Positions 49,668-56,388 of a DNA stretch of 64,000 bases are shown here, in pieces. The stretch's first letter is position 1. Each line of letters starts with the position of its first letter. The notes below the pieces were generated by a model that saw only the letters and a list, made by a program, of their open reading frames with translations, had not been told where the DNA came from and did not search any database. The stretch lies in contig JBIPPH010000007.1 of NCBI GenBank assembly GCA_044368575.1, positions 1,180 to 65,179 of the forward strand. The letters run 5' to 3'. The position numbers and the translations under genes are program-made. Source of the stretch: Bacteroidia bacterium (GTDB lineage Bacteria > Bacteroidota > Bacteroidia > NS11-12g > UBA955).

Positions 49668-50396
49668 ATGAAACCATTTAACATTAAAAAGCTAAGTGTT
49701 TTACTTAGCTTTTTTTTATGTTTTAAATCTTCTCTCTACGCGCAATATACGCTTAAGCCAAAGGCTGATATTGGCTTAGGCCTAAGTTCAGGTTTGAGCC
49801 TAACTGGCGCCTTGTATTTGCAACAAAAAACCCCTGGACTTACAGCTCAACAAATTCAATCGTTGAATGTTAATCAGGTTAATGCATTCGATCGCTTTGC
49901 TTGTTCTCAATGGCATCCTCAAGCAGCAAAAGTAAGTGATGCTTTAGCCGTCGGAACTGCCTGTTTGTATGCCTATTTTTTAGTCGATAATAGTACAAAA
50001 AAGGATGCAGTTAAAATTACTGCAGTGGGTTTGCAATCGGTATTGATGACCCATGCTTTATCCAATATCTTTAAGTTGTCTTTAAGACCGAGGCCTTATA
50101 ATTATAATGCTCAAGTTGATTTGCATACTAAAATGAAACCAGATGCCAGGATGTCTTTTTTCTCAGCTCATACAGGCACTGTATCTGCTTTAAGCTTTAG
50201 TTTTGCCTATGCCTATCAAACGTATCATCCTAATCAAAAAAATATTGGAATGTGGGCTGCCTCAGCCACTTTGCCGGCCATTCAAGGGTATTTGAGAGTG
50301 AGGGCCGGAAAACATTTCCCCACAGATGTTATAACCGGTTATTTAGTAGGACTAGGGAGTGCTTGGTTCATGCATAAAATGCATGCGCCAAATTGA
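49668..50396 (+). CDS. PAP2 family phosphatase
   Basis: The three PAP2 motifs: KLSLRPRP, SFFSAHT (PSGH-like) and RVRAGKHFPTDV. Confidence 0.7.
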   Translation: MKPFNIKKLSVLLSFFLCFKSSLYAQYTLKPKADIGLGLSSGLSLTGALYLQQKTPGLTAQQIQSLNVNQVNAFDRFACSQWHPQAAKVSDALAVGTACLYAYFLVDNSTKKDAVKITAVGLQSVLMTHALSNIFKLSLRPRPYNYNAQVDLHTKMKPDARMSFFSAHTGTVSALSFSFAYAYQTYHPNQKNIGMWAASATLPAIQGYLRVRAGKHFPTDVITGYLVGLGSAWFMHKMHAPN

Positions 50397-50840
50397 TTAC
50401 GACAGTAAAGTTTTAAGGGCATCATTAATGGCCTTGCCATCCGTTTTGCCTGCTAAGGATTTCATTGCTACCGGCATAACTTTTCCAATATCTTTCATGC
50501 TGCTAGCACCAGTGCTGGCAATAATATCTTTTAACGCAGCAATCAAGTCTTGTTCTGACATAGAAGGCGGCAAATATTGTTCAATGACCACTAGTTCTTC
50601 TTGTTCTTTTTTAGCCAAATCTTGACGATTCTCTTTTAAGAAAATATCGATACTATCTTTTCTTTGTTTGGCCATTTTTTGCATGGCTTTAATGGCAGTT
50701 TCATCGTTAATGTCTTTGCTACCAGTTTCTGTACCTGCTAATAAAAAGGCTGATTTGATAGCCCTGATGGCTCTTAATTTGACCTCATCTTTTGCCTTCA
50801 TGGCATCAATTAAGTCTTTATTAATTTGTTCAACTAACAT
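50397..50840 (-). CDS. GatB/YqeY domain protein
   Basis: N-terminus LVEQINKDLIDAMKAKDEVKLRAIRAIKSAF is the canonical YqeY motif. Confidence 0.8.
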   Translation of the reverse strand: MLVEQINKDLIDAMKAKDEVKLRAIRAIKSAFLLAGTETGSKDINDETAIKAMQKMAKQRKDSIDIFLKENRQDLAKKEQEELVVIEQYLPPSMSEQDLIAALKDIIASTGASSMKDIGKVMPVAMKSLAGKTDGKAINDALKTLLS

Positions 50841-50843
50841 GGT

Positions 50844-51614
50844 TTATGCGTTTAAAAAGAAATTGAAACTATCGCCTCTAAGGCCTAAACGAAGGGTTTC
50901 TAATGCGATTAATTCAGTAGGAGCAATATTACCTAAGTTGATATTAGCACCATACAATTTAATGAACCATACTTGTTGGGCTTTCAATGGGGCTTCCCAA
51001 ATGATTTTCTCCAAAGGTATTTTTCTGATGATTTCAGCAACTAAGCCTGAACGCACTTCGCCAGAACCTCTAAAAACGCCAACAGTGCCACTTTCTCTGG
51101 CCTCTGCAATCACTTTCCAAACACCAGCTTGAATTTCCTTTTCCATCATATCTATCCATTCATATGGCGGAATGATTTTTTCTGCATCTTTAGATCCAAC
51201 TTCAGAAATAACTGTAAAATCTTTGGCTAAAGTTCTGATGTATTCGCACTTGTCTTCGTGGGCTATTTCCATTGAACCATCGCTCACTTCAACATGATCA
51301 ATGCCGAAGGTGTCTAGAACTCTTCTATAATCATCAAACTGATTTCTGATCGCATATGCTTCAAATAAGGTGCCGCCGAAATACACTTTAAATCCGGCAT
51401 CTTTATACAATTTGATCTTCTCTTTTAATTGTGGGGTAACGACAGCTGTGCCAAAACCTAATTTGAGTAAATCAATTAAGTGTTGTCCGTTTTCTATAAG
51501 TGCTTCAGCCTCTCTTAAACTTAGGCCTTTGTCCATTACCATGGTTAAACCACTTTCGCGAGGCTTAACAGTCCTGTCAGGTAAATTTGAAATATTAAAT
51601 ATATCCTTATTCAT
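50844..51614 (-). CDS. (2R)-phospho-3-sulfolactate synthase (ComA) family protein
   Basis: 256 aa. N-terminal PDRTVKPRESGLTMVMDKG matches the ComA-family opening block (KPR..GLT.V.DKG). TIM-barrel-like periodicity. Recognised from memory. Confidence 0.6.
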   Translation of the reverse strand: MNKDIFNISNLPDRTVKPRESGLTMVMDKGLSLREAEALIENGQHLIDLLKLGFGTAVVTPQLKEKIKLYKDAGFKVYFGGTLFEAYAIRNQFDDYRRVLDTFGIDHVEVSDGSMEIAHEDKCEYIRTLAKDFTVISEVGSKDAEKIIPPYEWIDMMEKEIQAGVWKVIAEARESGTVGVFRGSGEVRSGLVAEIIRKIPLEKIIWEAPLKAQQVWFIKLYGANINLGNIAPTELIALETLRLGLRGDSFNFFLNA

Positions 51615-53061
51615 TGTTTTGGTTCTGATAAATAATGATGAGTTGATGTATGTCTTCGTCTGCTAATAGTTCGGCATCAAACCATTTTAGGGTGTCGATT
51701 CCGTCTTCAAAGTTATGAATTAATTGTGAAAGCAAACGCTCTTTGTTTTGTTTACTTGGGTTTTCAATAAAATTAATGGCGCCATGAACAATGTCTAGCT
51801 CTTCTTGGTAGTTTTTGGTTTTATCGACAATTTGAAAAATATCTTCTAATAAATCTGTGTAAAGCTCTCTAAAGAAGAAGCCCGCTAGTTCGACCCAGTG
51901 TTGCAGAATGAGATTAGGAGAGGTTCTTTTAAGGTTATTATAAATGTGTTCTAATTTTAAGTACTCTAGATTAAAAGCAAGACATTGGAATAAGCAGAAG
52001 ATATTTTCGAAGTCATCCTTGTCAATTTTAAAAACACTGTTAAAAAATACACTTGCTTTTAAATAGTCGTGTTCAAGCATGTAAGATTTACCTTTTAAAA
52101 ACAAGTATTCAGAAATCAGGTTTTCCATTTCTTTTGCTTGATCTAAGTAATAACGGGCTTTAAGAGGCTCTTCTGCTTTAATGTAACATCTAGCGGCGCA
52201 TACATATGGATACAAATCATCTTGGTCTTTAAAGGATGACAAGAAATGATCAACAGCTAATTGATAAGCTGCTTTTTCTTCGTATAAAGCCCCTAAATTA
52301 AAATGCGCATTCTTGGCTTCACTGCTAGATAAAGTTGCATACTCATATGCAGATTCAGCTTCTAGTTTATTGCCAGTGATTTCATGAAATTTACCCAGGT
52401 TAAACCAACTGTAGTGATCGTAAGGATTAAGATCTATCCTTTTTTTGAAATAGTCAATCGCTTGTTCATATTGATTAATTGCAATAAAATTAAAAGCCAA
52501 TTGCTCGTATAATGATTCGTTTTTTGGGTAGCTCTGCAAACCTTTTTCTATTAATAGATTGGCTTGTTTGATTTGGTTGTTCTGACACAACATTTGAGCA
52601 TATGAAGTATAAATATCTACCACATATTCTTCATCGTCAAATTCAGAGTATTCTAGCGCCAATTTGAAGGATTCTTCTGCTTCATTAATTCTGTCTAATT
52701 CTAAAAGTGTTTCAGCTTCAACTTTTAAGATGAATGAATTATAGGGTTCGTAAAGTTTTGCAGTTTTAATGTAGTCAAGCGCTTCTTCATATTCGTGAGC
52801 ATGAGATAATATATGCGCTTTTTCAAGCAATACACTTGACTTATTTGGATATAGCATAAGACCATGGTCTACAATTTTGACATGGTTATTATGCTGACCT
52901 GAAAAGAAAAAATGATTGGAAAGAATTTCAATATCCTCTTCAGAAAAATAAACAGAATCATCTTGCTCTAGTAATTTAAATCGCTCCAGACAATCCTTAA
53001 CGCGCTCTTTGGCAGCCATGTCATCATACTCCATTTCGCTATCATCGTAGTCGCCAAACAT
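51607..53061 (-). CDS. TPR-repeat protein
   Basis: 484 aa, all-helical, with multiple 34-residue W/L-G-Y-A-F-P-type repeats (e.g. AYEYATLSS..., LGALYEEKAAYQLAVDHF). Confidence 0.7.
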   Translation of the reverse strand: MFGDYDDSEMEYDDMAAKERVKDCLERFKLLEQDDSVYFSEEDIEILSNHFFFSGQHNNHVKIVDHGLMLYPNKSSVLLEKAHILSHAHEYEEALDYIKTAKLYEPYNSFILKVEAETLLELDRINEAEESFKLALEYSEFDDEEYVVDIYTSYAQMLCQNNQIKQANLLIEKGLQSYPKNESLYEQLAFNFIAINQYEQAIDYFKKRIDLNPYDHYSWFNLGKFHEITGNKLEAESAYEYATLSSSEAKNAHFNLGALYEEKAAYQLAVDHFLSSFKDQDDLYPYVCAARCYIKAEEPLKARYYLDQAKEMENLISEYLFLKGKSYMLEHDYLKASVFFNSVFKIDKDDFENIFCLFQCLAFNLEYLKLEHIYNNLKRTSPNLILQHWVELAGFFFRELYTDLLEDIFQIVDKTKNYQEELDIVHGAINFIENPSKQNKERLLSQLIHNFEDGIDTLKWFDAELLADEDIHQLIIIYQNQNNE

Positions 53062-53131
53062 GTTGTTATTTGAAACAAATCTATGAAATGAAGAGCAGAC
53101 TTATTCCACCACCTATCCACCAAAAGACAAT

Positions 53132-53163
53132 AAAAAAACCGTATCAATCGATACGGTTTTTTT
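53132..53163. terminator. Bidirectional rho-independent terminator, 3' of the H1-like gene
   Basis: A7 run, then CCGTATC, AATC loop, GATACGG, then a T7 run. Perfect 7-bp stem flanked by A- and T-runs. Confidence 0.85.
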
Positions 53164-53184
53164 GAGAGGTTAACAGTTAAAGAA

Positions 53185-53490
53185 TTACTTCTTTTTAGCT
53201 GATTTTTTTGCTTTAGCTTTTGCTTTTGGAGCAGCTTTAGCTTTAGCCTTTGGAGCAGCTTTAGCTTTAGCTTTTGCTTTTGGAGCAGCTTTAGCTTTAG
53301 CTTTAGCCTTTGGAGCAGCTTTAGCTTTTGGAGCAGCTTTAGCTTTCGCTTTAGGAGCAGCTTTTGCTTTAGCTTTTGCTTTTGGAGCAGCTTTAGCTTT
53401 CGCTTTTGGAGCAGCTTTCGCTTTAGCTTTTGCTTTCGGTGCTGCTTTAGTAGCTTTTGCTTTAGCAGCTGGTTTTTTGGTTGTTGCCAT
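53185..53490 (-). CDS. Lysine/alanine-rich histone H1-like protein (KAKAAP repeat)
   Basis: 101 aa, about 45% Lys and 45% Ala. Imperfect tandem AAPKAKAKAK repeats. ATG start. 24 nt downstream of the SET-domain gene. Confidence 0.75.
   Translation of the reverse strand: MATTKKPAAKAKATKAAPKAKAKAKAAPKAKAKAAPKAKAKAKAAPKAKAKAAPKAKAAPKAKAKAKAAPKAKAKAKAAPKAKAKAAPKAKAKAKKSAKKK
53200..53470. repeat. Nucleotide tandem-repeat tract (imperfect 6/12/30-nt units GCTTTAGC/CTTTGGAGCAGCT) encoding the KA repeats
   Basis: Direct reading shows the same 27-30-nt block repeated at least 8 times along the gene. Confidence 0.8.
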
Positions 53491-53514
53491 ATTATATATT
53501 AATTAATGGGTTTT

Positions 53515-53895
53515 TTAATTGAGATCGGCATGCATGTCACCGTAATCAATGGTGATTTCTTCACCAGCTTTGATTGTTTTTAGTGCTGTAAATTCCATCA
53601 TACCTGTTTTTAAATTTATGTTGTAATCTGCATTCGATTTTTTCGAATGGTTGTATAAAGATCCAAATCCAAGAAGTAGTGCCACACTTTTTTTTCTAGA
53701 GTTCCAAACAAAAGTATAGTTCTCTAAAATATGTCCTACTAGTTGTTGATGTTCTTTACGCGTCAACTCGATTACAGGGCAAAGTTCAATAAGATCACCT
53801 TTCTTTAAAACTTTAGATGTAAACACACCCCTTCCTTTGTGTCCTGCATTCGATACAATTAAAAAATCGTTTTTAACCAATTGTTCTTTTTTCAC
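53515..53895 (-). CDS. Minimal SET-domain protein-lysine N-methyltransferase
   Basis: 126 aa. GHKGRGVFTSKVLKKGDLI (SET N-terminal GxG block), YNHSKKSNADYN (the NHSCxPN equivalent) and GEEITIDYGDM (the ELxFDY equivalent). Similar in size to viral vSET. GTG start. Confidence 0.8.
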   Translation of the reverse strand: MKKEQLVKNDFLIVSNAGHKGRGVFTSKVLKKGDLIELCPVIELTRKEHQQLVGHILENYTFVWNSRKKSVALLLGFGSLYNHSKKSNADYNINLKTGMMEFTALKTIKAGEEITIDYGDMHADLN

Positions 53896-53913
53896 TTATT
53901 TAGTATATCGGTT

Positions 53914-53921
53914 CAAAATTA
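53914..53921 (-). promoter_or_regulatory. Candidate Bacteroidota sigma-A -7 element (TAnnTTTG) for the SET-H1 operon
   Basis: The minus strand reads TAATTTTG, ending about 18 nt upstream of the SET start codon. No convincing -33 TTG was found. Confidence 0.3.
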
Positions 53922-54020
53922 TAGAACATTCCGAAACTATTGTGAATGCTATAAAATATCTATTAACAACTTATCAAAAACGACTTGTAAAAGAAGTCAA
54001 ATTAGTTGACTAAATATTTT

Positions 54021-54066
54021 AAAAAATAATTCACATTAGCATTTCAATTCACTTTTAATGTGAATA
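54021..54066 (-). terminator. Putative terminator or operator: 10/11-bp inverted repeat with an internal direct repeat
   Basis: AATTCACATTA (54028-38) pairs with TAATGTGAATA (54056-66) across a 17-nt loop that itself contains AATTCAC. On the minus strand the hairpin is followed by AUUUUUU. It lies 3' of the PepC-GNAT operon and 5' of SET. Confidence 0.35.
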
Positions 54067-54101
54067 AAATCTAAAATAAATTGAAAAATTTGAAGAATAA
54101 A

Positions 54102-54611
54102 TTAACAAGACTGGATAAGCTTCTTCATGATAAAATCATTCATAACATATCCATTTCCAATATCAAAATCTGCAACAGATTCTATTGTAAATCCATTTTT
54201 AAAATAGAAGTTTATACTTTTAAAATTTTGTCTGTTAACTGTTAATTTGAAACAATTAAAACTTGATTTTGAATCTTTATTGATGGTAATTTCAAGTAAG
54301 TTCAAACTTTTGCTACCTACTGATTTTCCTTGATATTCAGGCAATATGTAATACTTATTGATGAAACATATTTGATCTGCTTGAAGGGTATAGGCAATAA
54401 ATCCAACGGCTTGTTCATGGCTCATTATAAAATTAAAAACTTGCCCTTCATTTACTTGTTTGATCAAAGCATCATGGCTGTAAAATTTATTCAGCATGTA
54501 TTGAACTTGAGCTTCACCTATGATATCAATATAATGGTGTTGCCAAATGATTTTAGCCATAGCGGCTATGTCATCTAATGCAGCATCAGATGTTTTTAAA
54601 AGGCTAATCAT
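54102..54611 (-). CDS. GNAT family N-acetyltransferase
   Basis: 169 aa. Acetyl-CoA-binding-like Q/R-x-x-G-x-G/A region (YQGKSVGSKSL) and GNAT beta-strand periodicity. 7 nt downstream of pepC. Confidence 0.55.
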   Translation of the reverse strand: MISLLKTSDAALDDIAAMAKIIWQHHYIDIIGEAQVQYMLNKFYSHDALIKQVNEGQVFNFIMSHEQAVGFIAYTLQADQICFINKYYILPEYQGKSVGSKSLNLLEITINKDSKSSFNCFKLTVNRQNFKSINFYFKNGFTIESVADFDIGNGYVMNDFIMKKLIQSC

Positions 54612-54618
54612 TTAAGAT

Positions 54619-55809
54619 TTAGTTAATGCCTAATTTTTTTGCAATGTCTTTTGGAATTGCATTTTTATGAATAAAAATATTGAGTGTTTTGTATCTGAAA
54701 TACGGCATAGAACAATACAAATATCCACCACAGTCATTACCAGTTCCCCAACTATTTTTTATTTTAAAGTAGGTATTGCCATTTTGATCTTTCACCAAAC
54801 CAGTAGCATGCATGCCATGGTCATCAGTGGTTTGATAATTATCAAAGGCAATTTGTCTGAGTGAATCATTGATGATTTTTTCAGCCATAGGTTTATCAAA
54901 TGCTGAACCTGATCTTAATGCGCCAGCATCATTAAAAGCTTTGTTGTCTTTGCCAACTTGAGTAATTAAAGAATCGTGAACAGGCACAATTGCAACACCA
55001 TTTTTAAATGAAAATCCTTTTTCACTTACGTCTGCACCCCAAGCCCAAGTGTAACCATTCATTAGTGAAGATTCAGCTACCTTCTGAAGTTCATCAAGTG
55101 GTAAATTATAGCTTTGCATCATGGCCCAATTGTCTTGAACTTCAATTGCAAAACTGCTGTAATAAGGGTGGTGAGTAAAAGAAGTTAAAGACACATAGTC
55201 CTTCATATTTAATCCTAAATATTGAGCATAAGTTTGCGGTGTATAGGTTTTGTTGTCAACTGTAAATGTTTTAGGAACGGCACCTAAATAGGCATCAATA
55301 GCGCCTTCGAAGGCTGGTTTCCATGCAGTTGTTAATTTGCCTTGAGGGTTGTTTTTTACAGCATCAACTATACCTTTTAATACAGCATCCATTTCAGCAT
55401 GATTGTGTTTATCATAACCATAATTTAAACCTTTGTATGCTGATTCAGGCACTATACCATAATGTTGAATCACCCATGGTAAATCTAAAAATGCACCGCC
55501 TGGTCCAAAATTATGAAGGCCATTCATACGCACATACATGTCTGCTTTTCCAACATAGGCATTGCGCACAACAAACATTTCACTCAAATTGAATTTACCT
55601 TTTCCCATTCTCATCAATTCACTTTCAAAAAAGGATAAACTTGAAAAGCTCCAACATGTACTAGTTCTGCTTTGATCTTGCACATCTTGAGCATCAAGAT
55701 TGGCCATTACTTTGAATAAGTAGCCGCCGTTCTTTTTGTTTCTTAAAGTGTCTTGAGCGTTTGATTGAGCACAGATTAGTGTGGTAAGGCAAATGAATAA
55801 GTATTTCAT
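54619..55809 (-). CDS. C1 family cysteine peptidase (aminopeptidase C / bleomycin-hydrolase-like), secreted
   Basis: Catalytic Cys in QSRTSTCWSFSS, His in TDDHGMHATG, Asn/Trp in KIKNSWG. Signal peptide. Confidence 0.75.
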   Translation of the reverse strand: MKYLFICLTTLICAQSNAQDTLRNKKNGGYLFKVMANLDAQDVQDQSRTSTCWSFSSLSFFESELMRMGKGKFNLSEMFVVRNAYVGKADMYVRMNGLHNFGPGGAFLDLPWVIQHYGIVPESAYKGLNYGYDKHNHAEMDAVLKGIVDAVKNNPQGKLTTAWKPAFEGAIDAYLGAVPKTFTVDNKTYTPQTYAQYLGLNMKDYVSLTSFTHHPYYSSFAIEVQDNWAMMQSYNLPLDELQKVAESSLMNGYTWAWGADVSEKGFSFKNGVAIVPVHDSLITQVGKDNKAFNDAGALRSGSAFDKPMAEKIINDSLRQIAFDNYQTTDDHGMHATGLVKDQNGNTYFKIKNSWGTGNDCGGYLYCSMPYFRYKTLNIFIHKNAIPKDIAKKLGIN

Positions 55810-55845
55810 GGTTAACTCTTAATTAATGCTCAAATTTGCATAAAA

Positions 55846-56307
55846 ATGGAGAATAAGACAAATAATATTGAAGCCTTAAATTTTGAATGTAAAGTATTAG
55901 TGTTTGGTTCAGAAGATCAGCAACTAAGTTTACGATTAAGAGAGCAGGTTTTAAGAGCACCTCTAGGTTTAACATTTTCAGAACAAGATCTTCTGCATGA
56001 AGATGAACAAATTCACATAGCGGGGTATTCAAACAATAGCTTATGTGCCATACTATTACTTAAACCAGATGGCCATGCGCTTAAGATGAGACAAGTTGCT
56101 GTAGAACCAATATTTCAAGGCAAAGGCATTGGTAAAACATTGGTTCGATTTGCAGAGCAGTTGGCTCAAATGGAAGGCTATTCCAAAATCCATTTGCATG
56201 CACGAGATACTGCCATTCCCTTTTATTTGAGTTTGCGTTATCATCTGCAAGGAGAAGGGTTCTCTGAAGTTGGCATTCCGCACCACTACATGTATAAAGA
56301 TCTTTAA
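55846..56307 (+). CDS. GNAT family N-acetyltransferase
   Basis: Motif A QGKGIGKTLVRFAEQ (Q/RxxGxG/A). 153 aa. Confidence 0.7.
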   Translation: MENKTNNIEALNFECKVLVFGSEDQQLSLRLREQVLRAPLGLTFSEQDLLHEDEQIHIAGYSNNSLCAILLLKPDGHALKMRQVAVEPIFQGKGIGKTLVRFAEQLAQMEGYSKIHLHARDTAIPFYLSLRYHLQGEGFSEVGIPHHYMYKDL

Positions 56308-56388
56308 CTTGTAAATGCAGGCTTTCATGGAATTTTTCTGACAACATCACATTTTTAATTATTTTTGACCTTCTATACTTTTCGACAA

